NCBI RefSeq assembly: GCF_001194135.2 | Contig: NC_068982.1 | Location: 114,177,794 to 114,241,534, forward strand | Direction of reading: 5' to 3' | Origin: Octopus bimaculoides | Taxonomy: Eukaryota | Length of the DNA: 63,741 bases | Shown here: positions 38,569-51,620 of the stretch, piece after piece | How the letters are laid out: each line of letters opens with the position of its first letter | Position numbering within the stretch: position 1 is the first letter of the stretch | Translations under genes and position numbers: made by a program | Notes under the pieces: model-generated | What the model was told of the DNA's origin: nothing | The model's input: only the letters and a program-made list of their open reading frames with translations | Database searches by the model: none

Positions 38569-39278
38569 GAGCTAGAAATTTCGAAATAAGAATGAAACAG
38601 TTGGAAGAACTGCTACTATATTGCCCTTACTGTTAATTAAAGGATAGATATAACATTATGTTATTCTCGAGGGCCATATCAGAGTGAGATGTGATACTAT
38701 ATCTTTCTTAGAGGCAATATTACAGGGAAGTTATAACATTATATCGTTCTCGGGTGACAATATCTAAGAGGAGAGAAATATGAGATGTTATATAATTTTT
38801 TTTTCAGTCATGCTTTTTGCAAGGAATCGAGATTGTAATCTGTTGTGTCGACGCCCCCAAGCGAAGAAGTACGGTCACCCAAAACATCTAAATAGAGGTA
38901 GTTTGGCCGTGGTAGGAGTGTTGAGTAGCTGTTGAGTAGCAGTCAAGTAGCGGTTGAGTAGAGATCATCCGACGGTGCTAGATAGCAGTTGCTTGAGACA
39001 TAACATAATCAACAAGAGACAAACAGGAGAAAGATATGTACCCCTCAAATGCCTAACACATCTATACACATGCCGCAACCTTGACGCAACTCTGTCCTAT
39101 CGATCCCTCCATGCAAAATGTATTCTGACCAGTACAACACGTCCTTTCCACAAAAACCAAAACGACAGATTCTCCGATTTTGTCAGATAAAAAATGTGAC
39201 AAACCACGACAGTTAGGAGGTTAATAAACGTTGGAGATGATGTAAATGTCCATCGTCTCTGCAATATTAATTTGAATT

Positions 39279-39438
39279 CAAATATTGGCACAAGGCCAGC
39301 AATTTGGGGGGAGAGGGTAAATCGATTACATCAGCCACAGTGCTCAACTGTGGCTGATGTAATTATTTTATTGACCCCAAAAGAACGAAAGGTAAAGTCG
39401 GCCTAAGAACGCAAAGACGGACGAAATGCCACTAAGCA
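39279..39438 (-). mobile_element. SINE-A copy with a perfected 17-bp hairpin
   Basis: SINE-A body on the minus strand; inverted repeat at 39325-39363. Confidence 0.8.
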
Positions 39439-40189
39439 GGTGTGTGACTGTACGAGTGTATCAGTGTGTGCATACAAGCGTGTGACGAGAGAGCACACGT
39501 GTGTTTGACTGTGTGGGAATCACGTCTGTGTGTATGTGGCTGCGTGTGTTAGCGAAAGAAAATATTTGTTAAATCTAAAAAAAATGTCTGATCAGTTTTC
39601 AGTTGTTGATTGACAGCAACGTTTCGGTATTTACATATTTAACAGCAGAGAATGGGAGGCAAAGTTCTTCCTATTTACTCCGCCCTTTTTCTCCGGTTTA
39701 TATCTTCAATTTTTATGCGATTTCGTATACGATATATATATATATATATATANNNNNNNNNNNNNNNNNNNNNNNNNNNNNNNNNNNNNNNNNNNNNNNN
39801 NNNNNNNNNNNNNNNNNNNATCTACGGGATGCTTAGATATATATATATATAAGCATCCCGTTGTCTTTTATGTTCGCTCTGTTTGTCATAAGTAAATTTC
39901 AAGGAAAATGTCAACTTGAAGATTCCGTAATTTCTTGAAAAACCTTTTATCATATTCTTATTAAATATTAAATTTTCATTATTATTATTTTTTATTATGA
40001 TTATCTCACAATCATCCTATACCAAAATAGTATTTACTTTTTTTTCCTTTTAATCTTTATATGATAACATACAGTTTTATACTTATTTTTTCATACATAT
40101 CAGACACGTTAATAATTTTAAACATATAATATAATGCAATTTTTTCATTATGTCAAATAGCTTTTACTGTATCATATAGTTTTACAATA

Positions 40190-41050
40190 TCATAATAAAC
40201 TGCTGCTGTGTAACCCATTTGTTTATTGAGACCATGGATTTTTGTATGAAATGTGCAATCTGTGTCATCAGAACAACTGCTGCTGCTCTAACTATAGGAG
40301 TCAGTACTAGAGTAGTCCAGGATACAGCGATCATTTTCCAAAGTTTACTTCTCAGTTGTTTTTTTTTCCTCTGTGCTTTTCTACTGCAGCAAGCCCAATG
40401 TACCGGCTTTATTCTTCTGAGGCTCGACATAGTTCTACTCCCAGCGTTTTACCCACGTTACGATGTAGCATATTTTTCTGATAGACCTCTTTATAAGTGT
40501 AACTGAATCATCCATGTACTCTCTTTCGGAAGACTTGGTATTTGTATAGCAGATCTTTGGGGATCCTTCCACTTGAAATGTAGTTTATGTAGATGAGTCG
40601 GGGTGTCGTTACTGGAGCAGAATAAAAAATGAAAAAGTGCGAGATAGGGTCTCATCGTCAGAGAATCAATCAGTCACTTAACGTCTAGGATATAAGATGT
40701 TGAAACTTCGCTCTGATCTCGAGTAGAGGTTCCAGCTCTCGCTGCCAAATAACAGAGTACTGAGGACAGCAGACTCTGAAGTCTGTAATATATCATATAC
40801 CGCAGCTTACTCTTCACACCGTTTGTTATTCATCATGGCAAAAATTGAGGTTGCTCTTCCTATTTGTCTTTTGATTTTAGACTGCGAAAAGGCTGTCTGT
40901 GATGTTTCAGCCATAGTATGTGAACTTGCAAACTATCTCACACTCGTTGATGGTAATGACCGGGGATGTCCAATGCGTAAGCTCAGTACATTGGTCATCC
41001 GGGAGTTGGTGATCAAGCCGAAATCTTTACTAACAATACATCTGATATAC
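40190..41050 (-). mobile_element. RTE (BovB-like) LINE 3' remnant, heavily decayed
   Basis: KDFGLITNSRMTNVL, KIKRQIGRATS and AVLSTLLFGSESWNLYSRSERSFN match RTE ORF C-terminal motifs. Many stops and frameshifts. Confidence 0.75.
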
Positions 41051-42892
41051 TAGATACTACAGTATCATATTTTCCACTCTAATATCATATACTTTTCGCT
41101 GGACTAAATATTTCTTAGTAAGTCAGCATTGTTTTCTATTACATACTTCTACATTTAAAAAATACTTTTCATTATAGCACATACATCTTACTACAAAATA
41201 ATATACTTTTGTTGTATCATAATGTTTTGCTATAAGATCTTATACTTTTATATCTTAGTATTACTTTTACTGCATTTTCATTTTACTATAATCTCAACAA
41301 TGTCTACATCACCTGACAATAATGTTATTATCGTATCACTATAAACTCTTTATCATTTATAATAATGTCTATCCCATTAGACATCTAGCTAGGCGGAAAT
41401 ATTTCTAAATGAGAAAATTACTCTGATAATAACAGGAGGTTGCAAGCCATACGAGTGGTATATATGCATGTATGGTCACGCATACTTGTATGTTTATATC
41501 TAAGTTTATGTATGTGTGCGTGTATATATGTGCGGGTTTTCCTAAACCGTTAACAATAATAAAGCCATTTAATAGGTAGAAAGCCACACATTTTCATGGT
41601 GGCAAGTCAAATAACTTAATACACAGTACTTTACTAATACTTATTTTATCAACTCCGAAAGGATGAACAGCAAGTCAAGCTTGCAGAGAATTTGAACTTG
41701 GAACATAAAAGAAACTAAATACTGTTACATATTTGGTCTGTGTCTTAACCGGAAAAAATACCAATGTAAGACATTAACAACAAATAATGAATCCTAAAGG
41801 AAGCAGAACAAAATTTGGAACCCGAGAATTGTCGATTAAGTCCTCACCAAAATATTACTTTATTGCAACCTATTAGCAGAATCGTGAAACTTTGGACAAA
41901 ATATATTTAAATATTTGTACCGGATCTTTATGTACTGAGACCAAATCCTAGCAAGAGCAACTTTATTTTATTGACCTCGAAACGAAAGACAAAGTACCAA
42001 GACATGACTGTCGATTGGTGAGATTATTTGAGCGTCGGACAAAATCTGTAGCATTTGTCCCATTTCTTTGTATTATGAGTTCGCATGCAAATATTACAAA
42101 CTTCATTTGTATCTTGCTGAAAAGAAGGCGTCTTGCAAAGAAAAAAAACATAAAAAACGGGAGAAAGGCAACAGAAAATCATTTTTGTAGTTCCCCCGCA
42201 TATTCTATAACTTCTAGTACTTGTGAAGGATGTCACCAGCGGTTATTCGTTAGCCTCATGATGCGAGGAATATTATGAGCTGTATCTTTATCCGTGACCG
42301 GAGCACAACAGATCAGAAATTTTATGCAATCGGGTCAAGTGCATAGGTTTATAGGTAACACTGCATTCCATGTCACCTTCAATTTGTTATCTTCAGTTAT
42401 CATAAATTATCCAATAATATAATGTAATAATCATTTCTAAAATTGTCGCTGTGCTACATATCCTTTATAGTAAATGTAATCGATTACAATAAACCAAAAG
42501 TTGGTGGACACTTGGTTTTATCGACCTGACAAAGAGAGAATATATACGTGAAACTCAGTGGAATTTCCGTTCAAAACCTAGAATGTCCCTAAGTCCACAA
42601 AATATTACGTCTGTATTTCTACCGATCCTGCCAATCTATTTCCTCATTAATGACATCAATTCTTTCTAATTTTGGTTAGCAATTACGTTCAGCTGGTACG
42701 TAATTCATCGACTCCAACAGCATGAACGGTAAAGTTGATTGGCGGAATTTGAACTCAGAATGTTCGGAAGAAATGCTGCTGATCATTTTGTCGTACGCGT
42801 TAACGGTTCACTATCAACTCATTACCTTAACAATAACAAATCATTTAAACAAAATATATGTATTTCATTAAGTCATTCGATCTGCCCCTCGT

Positions 42893-43115
42893 CTTTGACA
42901 TTCTTTTATTCTTTTATCCTTGTACTTGTTTCAGTCATCAGACTTCGAGCACGCTGGGGTACGGCCTTGAATTTTAGTCGAAATAATTGATTCCAGTGCT
43001 CAGTTTTTTAAAACTTTGTACCTATTCTATCGGTCTCTTTTGCTGAACCGCTAATTTACGGGGACGTAAACGCACCATCACCAGTTGTCAAGCGGTGGTG
43101 GTGAACAGACGGACA
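42893..43115 (-). mobile_element. SINE family B, 3' portion
   Basis: cttgtttcagtcatcag...attctatcggtctcttttgctgaaccgc...gttgtcaagcg; similar to 28922-29150. Confidence 0.8.
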
Positions 43116-44646
43116 AACTTCATGTACTTATTCTACATCTTCAAACAATTTCTGTCGATCTCATAGCCAACCTTCGCAACATTTCCTAAAATGGAACTGA
43201 ATACAATTAGAAATTTTAAACACTGATATGTTAATGAATCAATTCCATAAAATATAGCTCACAATTGTCATTAATGGAATTTACTTGTAGTTTTCGTGTG
43301 TTCTTAGATCACGTGTTATGTTGATAAGATTTATAACATTGCTACGTAAGATGCAGCTAATCATCAGAGTTGTTTGTTTTACAAATGTAATTTCATTGCC
43401 ATCAGGCAATCATTTGTTTAAAACTTCCACCTAAGAGAACAAAAGGAAATGCTGTTTTAAAGATTACTACTTGTGTAAATATTGTAAAAGTTCTCAGAAC
43501 AACGGCATACGCTTGTCATTTGCCATCAACACTTCATTGTTGTCGCCATCGTCGTCATCATTATTAATAGTACAAGCAGTAGCATGAGGACTAGGAACAC
43601 AAACTGCAGCGTCAACGAAGTTTTCATAATTTACTCCTATCGTTGTTGCCGAATTCCTGCTTTGAGAACTTTGCTCATCCTTAACATTATAGACTATATC
43701 AGGCTATCAGTCGATGGATGTCTGAACTGGTAAAGTATCTCAGCACCATTTGCCTGTGAATGGTGGCACTAGAAGAAATCATTATATCAGTTCTATCGGC
43801 GAGTTCTGAATCTAGTAAAAATCATTTTAGCGTCGTCAAAGGGCAACACGGAGCAGAATTGGGAGAGGTCATTACGGCTGCTCCACCAGAAGTCTGTGGC
43901 AACTAGAAATGGTAAAGATTACTAATGATCAATAAATGGTAGAACTTGTAGAATTCGTTAGTTAGCCTCATCAATGGGCTGTGTATCTGGTAGGGATCAT
44001 TACCCAGAGATCTTGCAGCATGTGCTGCAGGCCACGAGCATCTAGGGCCCCACTACCAAGTCTTATTCAATGAATCTGCACGTATTCTTCCTCCCTTCAA
44101 TTTTTATGATCCTATTCTCTGACTGTTACTGTGATACTATACACTTTAAATTCGAAAGATCGTAATAATCAGATTGATGGTAACATAAAATGTGCAAACT
44201 TACTTTATTTTCAGATGCAAATTACCATTCTATTACTCTATTTCACAACATTAATGTTGTCATACAGTAATTGAATTTAATTATATTTTTACTCATAAAG
44301 AGAATCGGTTGAACAAATTATAATTATTAATATATTATAGAAACCTCAATACTAATCACGACCGTTAAATCAAACTGAGATTGTTAAAGATGTGTACGAG
44401 TAAACCAGGGATGTGTATTAAGAGGTGCTTAAGTAACAATGCTAATTCGAATAAATAACAATGTGAATTCGAATAATTTTCCAGCATTTAAAATTAGTTT
44501 TTACATTTGGTTTAAGATTAAACCCATTCAAATTCACCAGAAAGTAAGTTCTTACTTGAGGTACTGCTATCATATTTGTTAACGTCAACAGAAAAAGAGA
44601 ATTGATAGTTAAGGAAGATATAGGTTTCTGGAATACCGGAACTATT

Positions 44647-44725
44647 GACTATTACAAGCTTATAAAGTTTATAGTTTATGACTATTACAAGCTTATAAAG
44701 TTTACAAGCTTACAAGTTTATAAAG
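44647..44725. repeat. local tandem duplication (gactattacaagcttataaagttta x2, 33-bp period) with decayed extra sub-units
   Basis: Copies start at 44647 and 44680. Confidence 0.85.
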
Positions 44726-45744
44726 CTCATTCCATTAAATATTGCCTTTTCAAATACGTTATACATTTCCGGAACTTTGAGAAATAGAAGCTTTACTTGA
44801 ATTTTATTATGGGTGAAATCTATGGTGGTTGTGGTAGTGGTGGGGTTCTAAGCTGTAGTCTCTGAGAGCTAACATAATCCCAACCACACTGGCAGATAAG
44901 TAAAAAAAAAAAATCAAGCAATATGCGAAATAAATAGTGGATTCCTTGTATACATTTTCGTTGCAACTCGTCCCCGTGTAGTGCGAGCAGGTCTTTAATA
45001 CAAGTTGGATCCATGAAAATTCGATGAAATAACTAGATTTCAGTTGAGATAAATACGAGGTGTGCCTAAACTAGCTTTATACCTAAAACAATATATTTTT
45101 AGATTTGTGACATTTTTCAGAATGCAATGGAAGTTAGTTCTCTTTCTCACAAAAAGTTTTGACTTAGATATGTTTAAAGTTTAGTAGAAAAGGATTTAAC
45201 AACTAATAAAAAAACATGTATGAAACCTGTAATATAGATATGAAGAGAGACCTTCCCATAAAGATGCTGTAAGGCCGGTACTGATGCACCGAGACAAAGA
45301 TGAATTACTGAAAGCAACGGACGCTGAACAAAACTATTGGCATACACTTTTGGAGAGAGTAAATTAAGTAAATTTAGTAGAACGAAGCCTTTCATTTGAT
45401 GATAGTAATGAAGTTATTGACTCCTCATATTGAAAATTGTTTAATGTTGTACAATTACTAAACAAGTTTGACCTTGTCAAAATATCATATAGCTATTCAT
45501 GCAAACAAATATAGAAAACATAAATGACACATGCAAGGGATACATCAATCTGATTAGATTCAGTGTACTGGATCACTTTATCATTAAAATAAAAGCAGTA
45601 TAATTATTATTCCGATTCATTTGATACTAGCTTCAGCTTCATCCAATATGGACCAACTAATTTAGCGTGATATGTTTCGTTGTCTGGGTCAACTGAAACA
45701 TTTGTGAATTTGGAGATATGGATGATTAATGAACAACCTACTCA

Positions 45745-46110
45745 TAGGTTACTTGACTTGTTAAAGAAAAATGGCATTGACATAAAAGATTGCCTTGATC
45801 AAAATTATGGCAATGCCAGCAACGTGACTGGCAAGTATAATGGCTTATAAGCACAAATTTAAGAGCTGAGTCAGTTTGCAGATTCCATGTTTTGATCATT
45901 CCTTAAATTTAGTTGGAAAATATCCTGCTAAATTTTGTCAAGAAACAATTTTTTAATAATTTTAATCAAGTCTTAACATATTTATTTCTTATGGGGAACT
46001 TTTCCGTTTCCATAGGATATTTTTTCTGTTGCATTGTTTGGTTTCGGTGCTCATATGCCCGTTGTGAAAAGAGTGTCATATACCAGGTAGTCATCTCATG
46101 CAGATAAAAT
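45745..46110 (+). mobile_element. hAT transposase remnant
   Basis: LLKKNGIDIKDCLDQNYGNASNVTGKYNGL*AQI*EL (CRGQSYDNASNMSG), PCFDHSLNLVG (C-AH-LNL) and PVVKRVSYTR*SSHAD (DTRW). Confidence 0.8.
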
Positions 46111-46496
46111 GAAAGTACGTTTGCACAGTTATTCAACAATAAAAATCTGAGATGTCATTTGAAATAAGAGGGATAGAGAAAGAATGCCGATAGTTTTGTG
46201 AACTACGTTCAACCATGCTGACAGTGGAAACGAACATGACTGTCATATATGGGAAGAAGTGTATAACACCTTCACACACACACATTTATTTTTATTGTAC
46301 ATAATTCATTAAATTTACTTTTATAATCCAGTTGGCAGATTCAATTTAATAGAAGTATTTACTTTTTAAGCATTATAAACCGGGTATATGTTTATATCCA
46401 AATATCCAAATGCTTCTATATATGCCTGTACAACATTTGCTGTATCAAGACAAATATATGTACATGTAAGTTTTGTACGTTATTGTTTGACTATAC

Positions 46497-46534
<38 letters not shown>

Positions 46535-46544
46535 TCCGAACTTT

Positions 46545-46680
46545 CCATCTTTCCGACGAAGGGCTACGCCCGAAACGTCATACACTCTCTCTTTCCTTTC
46601 CTGAGCGTCCAATAATACTATCCATATCACGTCCTCACTTTGTTGTTTTTTTGTTTTTTTGTTATTGTGTTTTTGCTATA
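46545..46680 (+). ncRNA. minimal hammerhead-like motif in a Penelope-type footprint between (TA)n tracts
   Basis: t-CCGACGA-a-GGGC-tac-GCCC-GAAAC-GTC-a (46553-46579). Perfect 4-bp stem II; U4 changed to C. Confidence 0.55.
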
Positions 46681-47004
46681 TATATATACATATATATGTA
46701 TATATGTATATATATNNNNNNNNNNNNNNNNNNNNNNNNNNNNNNNNNNNNNNNNNNNNNNNNNNNNNNNNNNNNNNNNNNNNNNNNNNNNNNNNNNNNN
46801 NNNNNNNNNNNNNNNNNNNNNNNNNNNNNNNNNNNNNNNNNNNNNNNNNNNNNNNNNNNNNNNNNNNNNNNNNNNNNNNNNNNNNNNNNNNNNNNNNNNN
46901 NNNNNNNNNNNNNNNNNNNNNNNNNNNNNNNNNNNNNNNNNNNNNNNNNNNNNNNNNNNNNNNNNNNNNNNNNNNNNNNNNNNNNNNNNNNNNNNNNNNN
47001 NNNN

Positions 47005-47066
<62 letters not shown>

Positions 47067-47602
47067 CTGTGTGTGTATACAGGTGTGTGTACAGCTGATC
47101 GTGCTTCTATAAGTGTTTATTCGCATAAAAGTTACTATGTATATATGTGCGAGAATTTATACATGCATACGTGTGTATGCGTATCTATATGTATGTATAT
47201 GTGTGTATATGTATACCTACATGTACATATATATGTTTGTGTGTGTGGTCTATATGTATATTAATAGGTATAAGTGTATACAACTGCGTGAGTGTGATTG
47301 TGTATATTTTGTATGTTAATGCTTATATGTATGCTTTTCTATATAAGTGTGAGTCTTGTTTTAGTTTAACTACAGTTCATTGGGATAGAAAGTTAGAAAA
47401 TATAATTAAAAATGAGGTCCATAAGCTTTTATGTGTAGTCTTCTGACCGTTTAGCATTCTCTGAAAATTACTGCTGTTCAATAATATCTCTCGCTTTAAC
47501 TTTTATGCCTCCAGAAGTTGTTTATAAATGAACTTCTTAGCAACACGGTCGATTCCATTTTAATTTGGCTGTTTTAATAAGTAACTTAGGCACATACACA
47601 CA

Positions 47603-47642
<40 letters not shown>

Positions 47643-50459
47643 CACCCATACTAATACTTAAACCTAATATCCCTGTGTGTACGTTTGGGTATATTACTGG
47701 TTCAAAGTTTACAGTAATCACTTCGCTGTCTCATTGCATTATGCATATCTCAAACTAGCCCACTGAAAATATGTATTGATACAAATAACGGTTATGTACA
47801 ATGCTTTGTTCTTGCGGTATCTCTGTTGTGCCCATACCATATCTGTTGTGTACATAGTTGTATCTACTTAATTTGTAAGACAATTAAAATCACTCACATC
47901 ATCAAATTATTACGAATATAAATATTGTATTTCCTATATTTATTCTATCTTAACTCTAGAAAAAGTATTACATTTCGGTTTCCAGCTACATATCCGAAAT
48001 ATAGACTAATGTACCATTCATACAAAGCCACTCTATTTCTCACTGGAGGTTGTTGAATTGAAATTCTGCGATGAAAGATTTGTCAATATTTCTTTTCGTT
48101 TCCTTCTTATGACAGCAGATATCAGCTTTTTAGAATTTCTCTTGATGAAAAAAGAGGCCACAAAGGCTATAGAGCAAATATATAATATAGAATATTAAAC
48201 GATCTATTCACAAACGTGTCAATGCTGCTGCTCTTTCAGGTGTAAAAAAAGCCATAGAATGAATACTTGATCACTCATGAATAAAATTCGTTCGTTATCG
48301 TCACTTTATTAAATCCCAGGCCTCGATTTCTTTTCTAGCGTTAGCGACCTTTCCGGATAATTTAATGGGTCGTGCAACATCATTTACCTGATATAAATAA
48401 TTTTTAAAGTCATTTGTTTGTTTAACGGCATTTATTATATACTCAATTGCTTTTTTAACGTTTTCAATATGTTGTTATCAATATGAATAGCTTTTAGATA
48501 TATTTCAGGCAAATTTCAGAGAATAATATCTGCAATTGTTCCTTCAATGACATAGAATACTTTTTGCCGTAAAATATTAGTCAGTTGCATTAAAATCTTA
48601 TACAAAATCCATGTTGGCAGTGAAACATCGAGACGTCCCGAGTAGCACAGATAACTACTTTAGAACACCTGGTGGAATTGCTTCCTAATTATGTAGACAG
48701 CAGAAGATGAGGTCTGTAAAAGTAGGCTTTTGCGATAAAGAAGAGATTCTAATAATAGAATGTAGAAAATAGAATTTGAAAGGAAAATAGATTAGTATGA
48801 ATATGCAATGAGACTTACAATAGAAAGGGATGGGACAGCACAAGGTGTGTACTTGTGGTCAGTACACTCATTACGCTATTTTTATTTATTTATTCCCACA
48901 ATGTTAACGCCTTTGCCGTGATAATACAATAATAATGGCTTCTATTATTTGCCTCAGTAATTATGTAATTGTCGACATAATTGTCGTTGCCGTCATCATC
49001 ATTAATAACAATAAAAACGATATCGACAAGAACACTAAAAATCGGATAAAAACTCAAACGATTGCACGAGTGATAGGATCAATATCGATCAATTGTAGTT
49101 CAATTGCTTATCATAAGTACTCGTAATATTTGTTGAAATGAATTTCAGTTCAGTTTAACTAAGAATAATCAAACATGTTTATCATGTCGTTTACATCGTA
49201 ACTAATGTAGTCTTCATTAGCTTGTTATTAGACTGTTGCCGTGCTTATGCGCTATCTTCCATGATGTTAGAAGATTGCATCGATTCCAGCACTGTCAGAT
49301 TCTACTAATTTTCTCATCAGTCTCGTAAATTCCAAATTAACATGGCAGCTGTTACTCCGCGGTCATCCGAAATCAAGAAGCCTCGGATAAAATCTTATTA
49401 CCATAAGAAGTATGCTGTATTATTTTAGGCTTCTGGCATATAGGACAAAAGACGTATGATCACTGTTAGGATGTCATAGGTCTGCTCGATCACGGACTGA
49501 CTTGGACACTAAAACAACAACAATTATCTCAAAATTCGAAATAGAAGGTGGACAGTAATATTAAAGGAGATAAGTAACGCTAGTTCAATGTACTGTGGAA
49601 TGATGTCGAAATCAAGACTATGATTGTGCAGCAAAACCACTTAGCACACAGCTATGGATGAGTGTATGAATATTTTTGTCAAATTAACCTGCCTCACAAT
49701 TTTGTTAAAGCATTTGAAAAGATTGAATCGAATTCCAATACAGAAAAAGAATCGACTGAATACTGGAGTCCAGTGAATGGAATTATTCCTTTAAAACTGA
49801 TAAAAAAGCTAAAATAGGACATCGAATTTGATCGGAAACAATTGAATTTCAATAGATATTTAAGGTTGGAAATTATGTTTTCTAAAAATCGTAACATATC
49901 TTTTGTTTGTATTTCGATCCAAGCCGGCTCTGATACAGCAAGCAGAATTCCATGCTAGCATACCACGAACCACATCATTATCCAGTGCATCCCACCTCTT
50001 AGGCACTAGCACGTGTGTAACTATTGTAAAGGCTCCCTTGCTATCTTATAATTAGTATCGTTCTTTAAATGAACTAATACTGATTTCATAAACGCATTTG
50101 TGGTCGTTATGCATTTAGAGTTTCAGTCTTACAATTAAACAAATATAGGTTACATTCTAACTCATTTTGATGCATCGGGCCTGTGACAGAAACCTTATAA
50201 ACACAAAGCCATGCTTTTAGATAGGAGTAAAAAGGATTGTGTGGTGTTTATGTCTTTTTGTAAAGAAAAACTGGACTATTTAAAAAAAATTCTTTCGTTA
50301 AAAGATCTGACAGCATTTCGTTTGCCTTTCTTTTTATTACAGTAAATATTTGATTTCTCTAACAAGAAAATTATTATGACAAATGCAGGAATATTTACTA
50401 ACATTAATGATACTTCAGTGTCAGAAATATCAGGAAGCTGTAAAGAAAGCTGAGACATT

Positions 50460-51620
50460 CTGGAAACATCTGGAGATTGTCAAGGACGGTTAGGACTTTG
50501 TAATTACAGCACCAAAAGATGGAAAATCATCAATACCAGGAGCACTAGAGAACTCATAGTACAAAGGATACGTGATTCAACCGAGGTGGATCACCGGGTG
50601 AAGGCAGTAGGGCTTGCCGCCATGGTGAATGGATACAGTGGGACCAGGCACACAAGCGCCTATTGTTCTGGAAGAAACTCTTGAACCAGAGAAAATTGTC
50701 CTTTCTCCTGCGTGCTGTCGTTGACCTCTTGCCAACCATAAATAACCTTAATTTATGGGGCAAAGAAAAAAGCCCAACCTGTAAGCAGTGCAGAGCAACT
50801 CTTTGCACACTGAACCACATTCTGACATGATGCTCTAGGGCAGTGGAGAAGGTTGGTACAAGTGGAGACATGACAAGATCCCTGCAGAAATTGCCAAGTG
50901 GAATGATCCGCGAAGAATAAAAGCTAATAACAGCTACCACCAAAGGGTGTCAAATCCCTAAAGGATGGTGACAAATCTCCCAAGGTAAAAGCAATGGTAA
51001 AGGATCCGTTTTCTATTTTGCATTCAACCGCAGACTAGGTGATGAAATAGGCCTGAAGATTTTTCCCCATAAGAGATCGTGATAACATCACTCCAACCAG
51101 GCCTGTTTCTGCTTTCTAGGAATGTAAAAATAATCATTGTGGTTGAGCTCACAGTGCCCTGGGAGGACGGACACCATATTTACCATCAAATAAAGTTTTT
51201 TTAAATATCAGGTCTTAGTCGATGAGGCCCTTGTCAAGGGATGGCATGCAGCCTCATTCCCCACTGAAATTGGCTACTGCGGCTTTCCAAGTAGATTAAG
51301 GCGTTATTTTCTACAGAAGGTGGGTCTGAAACCGAGACAACTGAGGAAGCCATCAAGCTGAAAATAGTTCAAAGTTTCTGTAGATGAAAAGAACCCGCAA
51401 GTAGAAACCTTCCGTAGGTGAAGTCCTCGCTACCTCACCCAAGTGAGGCATACAGGCAAAGGACCATAATGTTTGCCACCCTGCGATACCCGCTGACCAT
51501 GCAGTAAGGTTTCCAGTACTGCAATGGATTTAGAAGAACTTGGAAAACCTCTGAGTAACTCCTACAGCTTCTGCATGGGGCAAAGCACCTCTGATGTTTA
51601 TTTCACCCACATATATTCAT
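50460..51620 (+). mobile_element. HERO-clade RLE non-LTR retrotransposon 3' remnant
   Basis: LSFLLRAVVDLLPT-NNL-LWG, PTCKQC...NHILT*C (CCHC), EGWYKWRHDK, SLQPGL (PD lost), VELTVPWED, KGW...EIGYCGF, followed by a putative 3' UTR. Frameshifts present. Confidence 0.85.

Noticed and set aside
38915-38960. About 4 copies of gttgagtagc, and a degenerate repeat of about 45 bp at 38640-38790
   Set aside because: Ordinary short tandem decay with no further structure.
39615-39650. Hammerhead-like gaaacgtt on the minus strand; similar weak hits near 23305-23320, 23375-23400 and 12140-12170
   Set aside because: The CUGANGA core and/or stem II are too degenerate to support.
45054-45345. Possible mariner MITE starting tacgaggtgtgcc
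   Set aside because: The right TIR is only a partial match (ggcatacac).
19027-51620. Catalytic Asp-to-Gly (A to G) changes in the maT and HERO remnants as fossil ADAR editing
   Set aside because: Only two sites, one in a DNA transposon that has no RNA intermediate; ordinary transitions explain them.
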